Shown here piece after piece: positions 19,105 to 28,294 of a DNA stretch of 64,000 nucleotides. The notes below the pieces were generated by a model. It was not told the origin of the DNA. It did no database searches and was given only the letters and a program-made list of their open reading frames with translations. Within the stretch, counting starts at the first letter, position 1; every line of letters begins with the position of its first letter. The position numbers were made by a program, and so were the translations under genes. The DNA is from Halodesulfurarchaeum sp. (GTDB lineage: Archaea > Halobacteriota > Halobacteria > Halobacteriales > Halobacteriaceae): positions 800,001 through 864,000 of the forward strand of contig JAXHNL010000002.1 in the NCBI GenBank assembly GCA_034520565.1, written 5' to 3'.

Positions 19105-19141
19105 TCGATCGGCGAAACCGAAACGAACGCGTCCGCGTGGC

Positions 19142-20491
19142 TTACAGCGAGCCCAGATACTCGGCGAACGGTCCGGTGAGGAAGTCGAGGTATCCCGTCA
19201 CGCCCAGGTACAGCGAGATCAGCAGGACGATGACGACCGGCACCCGAACCATCCAGATCCAGAGGCTGCCGATCGCGCCGAGCGGCCCGATACCCTTCTC
19301 GAGTTCGGCCAGGGCCTTGTCTGCGTTGAGCCAGGTGATGGCGATCATGAGGAGGATCCCACCGAGGACGAGCAGGATCTGGGCCGCGAAGATATCGTAG
19401 AGGTCGACGAAGATCAGGTTGGTCGTGACTGGAACGCCCAGCAGGAAGATGGCCACGCCAATGATCCCGGTCGCCTTCATTCGATCCATGCCGTACTCGT
19501 CGATGGCATAGGAAACGACGACCTCGATCAGACTGATCGCCGAGGAGAGCGCGGCGATCGCAACCGTCAGGAAGAACAGGAACCCGACGATCCGGCCGAA
19601 CGGGAGGGACGTGAGCGCCTCGGCGACGCTGATGAAGATCGCCCCCGCGCCGGAGGTCTCGGGGTCGAGTCCGGCCGAGAACAGGATCGGGAAGACGATC
19701 AGGCCGGTGATGACCGAGACTGCGGTGTTGAGGACGACGATGCTGACGCCGTCCTGCGCGAGGTTCTCGTCCGAACCGAGGTATGAAGCGTAGGTAATCA
19801 TCACGCCCATTCCGAGGGAGAGCGTGAAAAAGCCCTGACCGGCGGCGGCCGGGACCAGGCTCTGCCAGTTCTCCAAAATGTATCCCATGTCCGGGGAAAG
19901 GTAGTACGCGTAGGCCTCCCCGGCGCCGGGGAGGCTGAAGGCGTACACCGCGAGCACGCCGAAGATGATGAAGATCGCGGGCACCATGATCTTCACGCCC
20001 AGTTCGATTCCCTGCTGGACACCCACGGCCACGATGGCGATGACGATCGCCATGAAGATGGCGTGGAAAAGCAGGGTGTCAGTGCCGGTGGCAATCGACA
20101 TGAAGTAGGCCGCGGCCCCTTCTCCGCCAGTGTAGCCGCCCGTGAGACTTCCGACCACGTAGCGAAGCACCCAGCCGCCGACCACACTATAGTACGACAG
20201 GATGACGAAGCCGATGAGGACGAACAGGCCGCCCAGATAGGCCCACGCCCCGCCGGCGTACTCGCGTATCGCTCCAACGGCGTTCAATTCGGTCTTGCGC
20301 CCGACGACGAACTCCGCGAGCATCGCCGGGAACCCGATCAGGACGACGAAGGCGAGGTACATGACCATGAACGCCGCCCCGCCCTCCTGGCCGACCTGGA
20401 ACGGGAACCGCCAGATGTTACCTAACCCCACTGCACTCCCCACGGCTGCGAGGATGAATCCGATTCGTGTCCCCCATGTTTCTCGTGCCAT
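19142..20491 (-). CDS. Sodium-dependent transporter (NSS/SNF family)
   Basis: RETWGTRIGFILAAVGSAVGLGNIWRFP, GGAAF and FFTLSLGMG. Confidence 0.93.
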   Translation of the reverse strand: MARETWGTRIGFILAAVGSAVGLGNIWRFPFQVGQEGGAAFMVMYLAFVVLIGFPAMLAEFVVGRKTELNAVGAIREYAGGAWAYLGGLFVLIGFVILSYYSVVGGWVLRYVVGSLTGGYTGGEGAAAYFMSIATGTDTLLFHAIFMAIVIAIVAVGVQQGIELGVKIMVPAIFIIFGVLAVYAFSLPGAGEAYAYYLSPDMGYILENWQSLVPAAAGQGFFTLSLGMGVMITYASYLGSDENLAQDGVSIVVLNTAVSVITGLIVFPILFSAGLDPETSGAGAIFISVAEALTSLPFGRIVGFLFFLTVAIAALSSAISLIEVVVSYAIDEYGMDRMKATGIIGVAIFLLGVPVTTNLIFVDLYDIFAAQILLVLGGILLMIAITWLNADKALAELEKGIGPLGAIGSLWIWMVRVPVVIVLLISLYLGVTGYLDFLTGPFAEYLGSL

Positions 20492-20646
20492 GTATTCGAC
20501 CTTCACGAGGAAGGGGACTTAAAGCAACTGGTATTGGCAGTATTTTGCGAACCGCCGTTCGAGCCCGCTTGCTCTCGGATTTCGGCGTCTGTAAGCCGTG
20601 AGACCGGATAAAACACCCCCGAAAAATCTATCGACGGCGGTCGCGA

Positions 20647-21699
20647 TCAGTTCTCGACACCGCTCGCCGGTTCGTGGCCGAGGCGGTATCCTGACGACAT
20701 TTGCTCGATTTCTTCGATTTGGTAGAGCTGGAGCGCTCGCTCCCGTTTGGTCATCACCGGGAGGTCGGCGCCCTCGGCGCGGTAGTCGAACTCGCGTCCT
20801 TCTTTGTGTGCGGCCGCGACGAACTCCCGGTGGTCCCTCAGTCGGCCCTGGACGACAGTCCGGCTGAAGTCGGGAAGATCCGGCAGGTGGCGGTCGAATT
20901 CGTCGACGAAATCTCCCTCCAGTTCGTAGCCGACCGAGTTTCGTGCGGCGACCATGGCGGCCCGCGTCGTGGTGCCAGTTCCCCAGAACGGGTCGAGCAC
21001 CGTGTCCCCGTAGACGCTGTACATGTTGATCAGGCGGTAGGGGACCTCGAAGGGGTAGGCGCCCGACCGGTCGCGAAGGTCGTCGTTCTCGAGGGACTGT
21101 CCTTCGCCCCGCAGATCCGTCCAGACGTCGGAGAACCACCGGTTCCGTTCCTCCCAGAAGTACGCCGCCTCGTATCGGTCCGGATCCTTCGGTTCGAAGT
21201 CCCGGCTCTTCGAACCGTTCCGGAAGACGAGGATGTACTCGTGTTCGAGCGTGACGTAGGCGTTCGGCGGAATCGTTCCCGACCCCAGGAACTTCGTGCC
21301 CGAGTTGTTGGGCTTTCGCCACAGGATTTCCGGAAGCGGCTCGAACCCGAGTGCCTCGAAGGCCTCGATCACGCGGGCGTGGTTCTGATAGACCCGGAAA
21401 CTGCCGTCGACCGATCGCGTGGCGTCCCCGACGTTGATGCAGGCGATTCCGCCGTCGACGAGGACCCGTTCGAGTTCCGCCCAAACCGGCTCGAGGGCCT
21501 CGTGCATCAACTCGAACGCGCCGGCCCCATCCTCGGCTTGGAGTCGGTCACCGACAGCGGGATCGAGTGACGTAAAGAGGTCGTCCCACATCTCGATCAT
21601 CGGGTACGGTGGCGAAGTGACAACGAGTTCGACCGAGTCGTCCTCGATCGCCTCGAGGGTTCTCGCGTCCTCGACGTACACGCGATGTCGTGTCTCCAT
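20647..21699 (-). CDS. zim: Orphan N4-cytosine/N6-adenine DNA methyltransferase (beta class), probably the haloarchaeal CTAG methylase
   Basis: Motif IV TSPPY precedes motif I DPFWGTGTT, and no endonuclease is adjacent. Resemblance to Zim is from memory of the haloarchaeal family. Confidence 0.65.
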   Translation of the reverse strand: METRHRVYVEDARTLEAIEDDSVELVVTSPPYPMIEMWDDLFTSLDPAVGDRLQAEDGAGAFELMHEALEPVWAELERVLVDGGIACINVGDATRSVDGSFRVYQNHARVIEAFEALGFEPLPEILWRKPNNSGTKFLGSGTIPPNAYVTLEHEYILVFRNGSKSRDFEPKDPDRYEAAYFWEERNRWFSDVWTDLRGEGQSLENDDLRDRSGAYPFEVPYRLINMYSVYGDTVLDPFWGTGTTTRAAMVAARNSVGYELEGDFVDEFDRHLPDLPDFSRTVVQGRLRDHREFVAAAHKEGREFDYRAEGADLPVMTKRERALQLYQIEEIEQMSSGYRLGHEPASGVEN

Positions 21700-21813
21700 T
21701 TCTCCAAGTTACGACGGCGGGGGTAATGGAATTGGTGTCTGCGCGTCGGAGGTGCGGGCCAGTGGGTCGAGGAGATTTATTGCACTCCTCGACCCACGTT
21801 GTCATGCATCACA

Positions 21814-22266
21814 ATGGTACTCGAACTAACCAGTCAGGCCTTCGAGAACGGCGACCGGATCCCCGAGCAATACGGCTACACGGCGGAAAACATGAACCCA
21901 CCGCTCTCGATTGCGGGCCACCCAGCCGGGACCGAGTCGCTGGCCCTCGTCGTCGACGACCCGGATGCCATGGAGCCGGCGGGGAAAATCTGGGATCACT
22001 GGGTCCTCTGGAACATCGAGCCAGACCGGGAGCAAATTCCGGCGGACTGGGACGTCGCCAGTGCGACCGAGGGGCGAAACGACTACGGCGAGCCGGGCTA
22101 TGGCGGACCGAACCCGCCGGACCGCGAGCACACGTACCGCTTCCGGGTTTTCGCCCTCGATACCACCCTCGACCTCGCCCCAGGCGCGACGAAGGCGGAT
22201 CTCGAATCCGCGATGGAGGGCCACGTCATCGAAGAGGCACTTCTCGAAGGGACATATGCACCGTAA
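21814..22266 (+). CDS. YbhB/YbcL (PEBP) family protein
   Basis: NPPL, DDPDA, HWVLWNI, YGGPNPP and HTYRFRVFALD. Confidence 0.9.
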   Translation: MVLELTSQAFENGDRIPEQYGYTAENMNPPLSIAGHPAGTESLALVVDDPDAMEPAGKIWDHWVLWNIEPDREQIPADWDVASATEGRNDYGEPGYGGPNPPDREHTYRFRVFALDTTLDLAPGATKADLESAMEGHVIEEALLEGTYAP

Positions 22267-22283
22267 CCGGTACCGCCGGTGGT

Positions 22284-22973
22284 CTACAGGAGTCGGCGGA
22301 CCTGCTCGCTTGCTTCTCCCGGGACGCGTTCGCGGAGCGTCGCTGGATCGGTCTCGCCGTCGGCGTTGACGAGATACGTGCGGCCCGGAACCGACCCGTA
22401 GACACGCTGGAAGTCGTACACGAATCCGAACACCGAGACAGACGCGGGGACATCCCCGCTTTCGAGCAGGAACTCGACCTGCCGGTCGACGTTGTACTCC
22501 ACGAGCTGGTCGACGAGGCTCACGTCCCGGTCCGGGTCGATCCGCGCGTCATCGAGGCCCGCTTCAATGATCGGAACGAGTTCATTGACCCACTTTTCGA
22601 TTCCCGCCGGGACTCCGTTGCCGTCTCCATTGACGGCCTCCAGTGCGGCCGTGATTGCCCCACAGCCGGTGTGGCCGACGACGACGGCCACCTCGGTACC
22701 GGTCTCTACCAGTGGATACAGGACACTTCCGTCGACGACCAGTTCGCCGTCGTGCCGATCCCAGACCTGATTGCCGATCGTACTCGGCGTGAAGAGCCAG
22801 CCCGGCTCCGCGACGTGGAACATTCCCTCCTGGGAGACTCGCGAGTCGGCACAGGACATCGAGACCGCTGCCGGCTGCTGGCCCGCTTGCACGGCATCGA
22901 ACGCGTCGTCGTCGAGGGAGTCGGTGTAGCGACGATTGCGTTCGAGGAGTGTTGCAAGTGTGGTCTCAGGCAT
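22284..22973 (-). CDS. Beta-class carbonic anhydrase
   Basis: Zn ligands in CADSRV and GHTGCGA. Confidence 0.9.
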   Translation of the reverse strand: MPETTLATLLERNRRYTDSLDDDAFDAVQAGQQPAAVSMSCADSRVSQEGMFHVAEPGWLFTPSTIGNQVWDRHDGELVVDGSVLYPLVETGTEVAVVVGHTGCGAITAALEAVNGDGNGVPAGIEKWVNELVPIIEAGLDDARIDPDRDVSLVDQLVEYNVDRQVEFLLESGDVPASVSVFGFVYDFQRVYGSVPGRTYLVNADGETDPATLRERVPGEASEQVRRLL

Positions 22974-23104
22974 GCACACGTCTCGGCGGTGGAGCGACTT
23001 GTAGCTCCGGGCTATGGAACCGGTTCCGTTTGCTGGACTGGTCCGAACGCCGGATGAACTGGTTCGGCGTCCGGCTTATCCCGCTCTCGACCCAACCCGG
23101 GATC

Positions 23105-23443
23105 ATGGACGCAAACGAGGATCAACTCGACGAGCTGGCCGGCGAGGTGTTCGGCGTCGCCGACCTGATCGACTATCAGGCGGGGGCGATCGTCAGCCGG
23201 ACGATCGTCGACCGGGACGACGTGACGGTGACGGTCTTTGCCGTGGACGCGGGCCAGTCGATCAGCGAACACACCTCCCAGCACGATGCCATTCTTCACG
23301 TCCTCGATGGGACCGCCCACGTGCGAATCGAAGAGACGGAATCCGTGGTCGAGGCTGGCGAGGGCCTGGTGTTTCCGTCCGGGAAACCCCACGCACTTCG
23401 CGGGGAAGAGCGGTTCAAGATGCTGCTGACCATGACGAAGTGA
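23105..23443 (+). CDS. Cupin domain protein
   Basis: FAVDAGQSISEHT...LHVLDG...PHAL...FKMLLT. Confidence 0.85.
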   Translation: MDANEDQLDELAGEVFGVADLIDYQAGAIVSRTIVDRDDVTVTVFAVDAGQSISEHTSQHDAILHVLDGTAHVRIEETESVVEAGEGLVFPSGKPHALRGEERFKMLLTMTK

Positions 23444-23521
23444 GTGTGGCCGGACAACGTCGGCTTCGACCACTTCGTGGTTCCTCGGTCTCACGGAATC
23501 TTCGCGCTTGAGAAGCGCTTG

Positions 23522-24214
23522 TCACTCGTACCGCTCGATGACGCGGACGGATGCGATATCGAGGAGTCGGGACACCTCGGCGATGTACGCTCGTTTCCGG
23601 GTGTCCCGGTCGGGGTCTGGATCTCCCGGCGGAAAACTCAGCGTCAGCGTCTTCGACGGTCGATCGTAGTCGACGGACGCGTTTCGTAGCCCGTGGGTTG
23701 CGGTCAGACCCTCCGCACGGGTCTCGACCCCTTCGAGCCGTTCGAGTACCTCGATCTCGTATTCGAGCACGATCCCCGAAAGTGGATGGTTGAAATCGAC
23801 AGTTACCGTGTCACTGGAAACTGCTTCGATGACGCCGCGCCGTCCGCCAAACTGAACCGTTTTTCCGGCCGTGCGGTGTTCTGGAGCAATCGTGTTTTTG
23901 GCCACCGTGGTCATTGCTTCTGGATCCACGCGTCCGAACGCGTCTTCGGGGTCGACCGTCACCTCTACGTTCATCCCCGGGTCGACGTTGCGGATGGTCG
24001 CTTCGACCGGATCGAATAGGTGCCCTTCACCGGGAACGACGACAACCGGACCGGACGCCTCGAGTTCAGCGAGGTCGCTGTCGGCCGCCACCTTCGGGTC
24101 GGTCGTATCGATAATTCGTCCGTCGCCGTTCCGTGTGACATAGTCGATTCGGAGGAACGGTCGTTCCTGCTGGGTCGGCTCCGTTGTCGCGTCGGTTTCG
24201 GGATCAGCTTTCAT
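23522..24214 (-). CDS. FKBP-type peptidyl-prolyl isomerase (SlyD/long archaeal FKBP-like)
   Basis: IDY...DGRIIDTT, GEGHL, PEDAFG and VDFNHPLSG. Its ATG overlaps the aioA stop (TAATG). Confidence 0.85.
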   Translation of the reverse strand: MKADPETDATTEPTQQERPFLRIDYVTRNGDGRIIDTTDPKVAADSDLAELEASGPVVVVPGEGHLFDPVEATIRNVDPGMNVEVTVDPEDAFGRVDPEAMTTVAKNTIAPEHRTAGKTVQFGGRRGVIEAVSSDTVTVDFNHPLSGIVLEYEIEVLERLEGVETRAEGLTATHGLRNASVDYDRPSKTLTLSFPPGDPDPDRDTRKRAYIAEVSRLLDIASVRVIERYE

Positions 24215-26796
24215 TATTCGGGGACGATGTTCATCGGCTTGAAACTCATCTCCGCTTTGACTTCGCTCTCACCGAGCCGTCTGATCTCCCCTTTCCCGTA
24301 CTTGTAGCCCGGGTTTGGATTTGCGGGGTCGAGATACGCCGGGTTGACGTCGTTGTTGACCTGGTCCGGATACAGCCAGTAGGTGTACGCCAGCCCCTCC
24401 GAGACGGACTGTCCCTGGGCTGCGTCGTCCTCGTCGACGACGTAGGCGACCGCGGTGAAACTGCCTTCGGTGTTCTCGCCGTTGATATTGAAGACGTCGT
24501 CGTTGATTATTTCGACGAGGTCGCCCGCTTCGATGTCGTGTGCTTCGGCATCCGTTGGGTGAAGCTGGAGGATGTTCTGTGGGAAGCGCTTCTGGATGTA
24601 CTCCAGCCGCTGGTGGGTGTACATGTTCTGCCAGAGATGCTGGAGCCGGCCGTTCGTCACCCAGATCTCGTCCTCGCCGGGACTGAGTTGCTCGTAGACG
24701 TCGCCGATCGTGTGTCCCGCCTCGGGATCGACGACCCGGTCCCAGTCGACGCGCTGGAGGATCGCCTCGCCCGTGCTCGTGTGGAAGCGGTGCTCCATGA
24801 CCTCGCGCTCGCCGTCGGGGGCGTGGATGCGGGGCGTTCCCTGCACCTCGCCGTTCTCCTCGTAGATCGGCTGCTGGACGCCGTCCTCGACGGTCTCCAT
24901 GTACTCCGCAGGCGTCATGTCGTTGGCTTCGGCGGCAGGGGCGATCCCTTCGAGGGAGTGGTCGCCCCCGGTGCCCGGATACTCCTCGCAGATCAGGTTG
25001 AAGATCTCTCGGGAGTCCTCCCAGTCCATGTCGTCGGCCCCGAGCCGTTGTCCCATCATCGCGAAGATCTCCCAGTCCTCCTTCGCGCCGGACGGGCCTT
25101 CCATGAAGCCCTGATACTGACGGAAGCGACGTTCGCCGTTCCAGCGGTGATAATCGCCGCCCTCGCCGGATTCGACCGCCTTCGCCGGCAGGACGATGTC
25201 GGCGTACTGGGTCGTCGTGTTGGGGTACAGTTCCTGATGGGTTACGACCATCCCGCCCTGTTCGATGCGCTCGCGGAACGCGCGTTCGATCTCGTCGATG
25301 TCGGCGGTCTGCGGTTGTGCACCGCTCGTCCGCTCTCGCATTGCGTTCCGGAGGTCCTGGGTCGCATAGGACTGACGGGCGGGATCGCAGCCGATGACGT
25401 GCCAGTGTTTGATTTCGCCGTCCCTGACGCGCTCGACCGTGTTCGGCGCGATCGTCACGTCCTCGACGTTCTCGCCGTCGAAGGTCTGTGTCGAACGCTC
25501 GCCGATGACGTCGCCCACGCCGTCGGGGGTCCAGAAGCCCTCCTGGTGGCCCCCGGCGCGGGTGATGCCGGTACCGGGGCGACCGACGCTGCCGGTGATG
25601 AGCGTCAGGTTTGCCATCGCACCGGTGTTCTCGTGGGACCAGCCCCAGATGAGCCCCTTCTCCAGCATGAACAGCGTGTTCGTCTCCTCGGCGTCGGGCT
25701 GGGCGATGAGTTCCGCGGCCTCCCGAATGTCCTCGGCTGGAACGCCGGTCGTCTCGGCGGCGTTTTCGGGGGCGTAGCGCTCCTCATCCAGGAGATCGTA
25801 GTACGCCTCGGGCGTCAGGCCGAATTCCTCCTGATACCAGCCTTCTTGGTCGATCGTCTCCCGGTTGTCCATCACCCACTCCTCGATGAACGCATCGTCG
25901 TGCCAGCCCTGATCGACGATATGGCGAGCGATGGCGTTCAAGAGGATCGGATCGGTCGCCTCGTTGACCTGGAGATGGATGCCGCCGTTGTTCTCGGCGT
26001 AGTTCGCGAGGAACTTCCGGCGCGGGTCGATGAAAACGATGTTGGCGTCACCCCCCTCGTTAATCCACTTGCTGAAGATGACGTCCTGGTTCTCCTTGGG
26101 GTCCGCCCCCGCCACCACAATGGTGTCGGCCTCCGCGGCGTCCTCGTAGGCGTAGGACCACTGCGCGAGGCCGGCGTTGATGAGTCCGGGCACTTCCGTA
26201 GTAAGTGCCGGGCGGTTGTGGCCGCCCCAGTTGGGCGAGCCGATAACGTCATAACAGAGCTTCGTCCCGGCGAAGGTGTTCTCGATGAACTGATAGAAGT
26301 ACAGCTTCTGCCCGTAACCGTTCGGGTCGTTGCCGTTGTCGGTGGCGATCTCGGTAGCGCGGGCCCACGCCTCGATCGCGGTGTCCCAGTCGACGGTGAC
26401 GAGGTCACCGCCGATTCGGATCTGGGGCTGTTTGAGCCGATCGTCGTAATCCTCGTTGTTCGGGGAGTAGAGCGATTGGGCCTGCGTGCCGCCTCGGATC
26501 GAATGATCCCCCTCATTGGCCGGATATTCGGTGTCCGGTCTGAAGAGGACGTGGTATTCCTGGCCGTTCTCCTTGATGATCTCGTGCATGTTCGGCGAGG
26601 GCCAGTCGCCGTAGCCGGCGGGATAGTCGATCTCGAGGGCGTTCTCGTCGGCCGACGGACCGCCCTCCTCGCCGACCGGCCATTTGTATACCTCGTAGCC
26701 ACAGCCGACGATACAGTACCTGCACGATCGTGTGCTACGGTCCGCGTCCGTGGGAGGGATCGGCACCTCGCTGGTGTTCGGGTTGTCTGCTGCCAT
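24214..26796 (-). CDS. aioA: AioA-family molybdopterin oxidoreductase large subunit (arsenite oxidase-like)
   Basis: [3Fe-4S] motif CRYCIVGC-x66-S (HSIRG), active-site HNRPA...E and RAGGHQEG, NGERR and C-terminal YK. No Tat signal of its own; GGAG upstream of the ATG. Confidence 0.8.
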   Translation of the reverse strand: MAADNPNTSEVPIPPTDADRSTRSCRYCIVGCGYEVYKWPVGEEGGPSADENALEIDYPAGYGDWPSPNMHEIIKENGQEYHVLFRPDTEYPANEGDHSIRGGTQAQSLYSPNNEDYDDRLKQPQIRIGGDLVTVDWDTAIEAWARATEIATDNGNDPNGYGQKLYFYQFIENTFAGTKLCYDVIGSPNWGGHNRPALTTEVPGLINAGLAQWSYAYEDAAEADTIVVAGADPKENQDVIFSKWINEGGDANIVFIDPRRKFLANYAENNGGIHLQVNEATDPILLNAIARHIVDQGWHDDAFIEEWVMDNRETIDQEGWYQEEFGLTPEAYYDLLDEERYAPENAAETTGVPAEDIREAAELIAQPDAEETNTLFMLEKGLIWGWSHENTGAMANLTLITGSVGRPGTGITRAGGHQEGFWTPDGVGDVIGERSTQTFDGENVEDVTIAPNTVERVRDGEIKHWHVIGCDPARQSYATQDLRNAMRERTSGAQPQTADIDEIERAFRERIEQGGMVVTHQELYPNTTTQYADIVLPAKAVESGEGGDYHRWNGERRFRQYQGFMEGPSGAKEDWEIFAMMGQRLGADDMDWEDSREIFNLICEEYPGTGGDHSLEGIAPAAEANDMTPAEYMETVEDGVQQPIYEENGEVQGTPRIHAPDGEREVMEHRFHTSTGEAILQRVDWDRVVDPEAGHTIGDVYEQLSPGEDEIWVTNGRLQHLWQNMYTHQRLEYIQKRFPQNILQLHPTDAEAHDIEAGDLVEIINDDVFNINGENTEGSFTAVAYVVDEDDAAQGQSVSEGLAYTYWLYPDQVNNDVNPAYLDPANPNPGYKYGKGEIRRLGESEVKAEMSFKPMNIVPE

Positions 26797-26798
26797 GA

Positions 26799-27377
26799 TT
26801 ACTCCTCCGTGGCGGCTTCGATCGGGGTATCGTCCCGCAAGTTGTTCCGGTATCCGTACACGAGTCCGTCGACACCCGTCGCGTAGATGTCCCCGTCGTC
26901 GACGTCGAGTCGGACCTGGGGGAGGTCCATCGTCGCCGCGCCACTGATGACGAGGCCGCCTTTCGAGAGATCGAACGTCGTGTAGTGGCACGGACACGGA
27001 CCAGCCATCTCCCGGTCGGGACTTACCTGTCCGATAACACTGCAGCCCATGTGAGTACAGAGGCTATTGTACGCCACGATATCGTTATTCGGCCCTACCC
27101 CTCCCCAGGCTTCCCCGTCGATGCGGGTAAGGAAGTTGCTCGCTCCCTGGAGTGGATAGCTGAACGTCTCGACGGCCCCCTCCGAGAGGTCGTCGACGCT
27201 CCCAACGTGAATACGTGGATATCTGTCGAGTCTATCGACCCGGTCGACCGGGGACTCCGAGGTGGTATCATTATTTTGGGGGTCATCCAGAACTGTGCTA
27301 CAACCGGCTAACGTGCTGCCTGTCACAGCTGCTGCCGTTGCGAGAACCTTCCGGCGGGAGAGTTTTCTTTCAGTCAT
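26799..27377 (-). CDS. aioB: AioB-family Rieske [2Fe-2S] small subunit, Tat lipoprotein
   Basis: SRRKVL Tat motif, LAGC lipobox, CTHMGC, CPCHYTTF, GAATMDLP and GVDGLVYG. Confidence 0.85.
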   Translation of the reverse strand: MTERKLSRRKVLATAAAVTGSTLAGCSTVLDDPQNNDTTSESPVDRVDRLDRYPRIHVGSVDDLSEGAVETFSYPLQGASNFLTRIDGEAWGGVGPNNDIVAYNSLCTHMGCSVIGQVSPDREMAGPCPCHYTTFDLSKGGLVISGAATMDLPQVRLDVDDGDIYATGVDGLVYGYRNNLRDDTPIEAATEE

Positions 27378-27526
27378 CGGTTGTGATCCACCGTTCCGAG
27401 GGTGGTCCCGATTCGAAACCGTCCCTTTTTATTTGGGTCATTTGTTCTACACAAACAATAATTATATTTGCTCCTGTTAAATTTTGTGGGGGGCGAGTAC
27501 TTCCATCTGGGCTGCTGAAAACGGAG

Positions 27527-27712
27527 ATGGCGAGCAAAGCGAGCGACCGGGTACGAGCCATTCTCCACGTTCTCGACGGGACGGCTCACGTGACGAACGC
27601 GGAGGAGGAGCACGTGGTCGACTCTGGCGAGGGACTCGGGTTCTCGACTGGCGAGCCCCACGCCCTCCGCCGCGAGGAGCGGTTCAAGATGCTGTTGACG
27701 ATGACGAAGTGA
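27527..27712 (+). pseudogene. Truncated second copy of the cupin gene (3' half)
   Basis: 27557-27712 aligns gap-free with 23288-23443 (35 mismatches in 156 nt by hand count). The N-terminal half is absent. Confidence 0.85.
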
Positions 27713-27791
27713 GAAGGACGGGGCCGAGATTCGAGGCGCAGGTCAATCGCGGCTCACTACTAAGGCTACGGAGCCCGATATGGGGCCTGAA

Positions 27792-28232
27792 ATGGTCGAA
27801 CGGGGCGCACTTTGGGACACCTACGCGGCGCCCCTCCAGCACGATCTGGTCGATCTCGATGGGGACGAGCGACTGATCGGGGTTGCCCGCCGGCCGCTGC
27901 CATGGCTTTTGGGACAGGTCGACGAGAACCGATCGGCGCTGGGGCCGCCGCCGGCGTTGCTGGACGCGGTCAAGGACCGTCACGAGGAGCTGCAGGACGA
28001 GGGACTTCCGGACGCCGAAGCCCACAACCGGGCGCTGGAGGCTATCGACTACCGGGAGCGCTACCTGGACTATCTCGAGAACTCGGCGGCCGCACGGGAA
28101 GCGATCGAGTCCATCGAGGCAGTGCGCGAGGCGGGAACCGACGTCGTGCTCGTCTGTTATGAGAACACCGACGAAAAGCGGTGTCACCGGACGATACTGC
28201 GAGAGGCCATCGAGGCGAGACTGCACGACTGA
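27792..28232 (+). CDS. DUF488-family protein
   Basis: ALGPPPALL...Y...YL...LVCYE...CHRTILRE pattern. Confidence 0.7.
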   Translation: MVERGALWDTYAAPLQHDLVDLDGDERLIGVARRPLPWLLGQVDENRSALGPPPALLDAVKDRHEELQDEGLPDAEAHNRALEAIDYRERYLDYLENSAAAREAIESIEAVREAGTDVVLVCYENTDEKRCHRTILREAIEARLHD

Positions 28233-28294
28233 GAACTCGGTGCTTAAGATGTCCCTCGGCGTACACTCGAGTATCCCGCCCGGCTCCCAGACCA

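Noticed and set aside
24184-26886. 900-aa plus-strand ORF
   Set aside because: It is the antisense shadow of aioA, expected from high-GC codon bias, and has no motifs.
24214-27377. Canonical iodate reductase idrABP1P2
   Set aside because: No cytochrome c peroxidase genes are adjacent, and the AioA-type HNRP/GGHQEG residues are retained.
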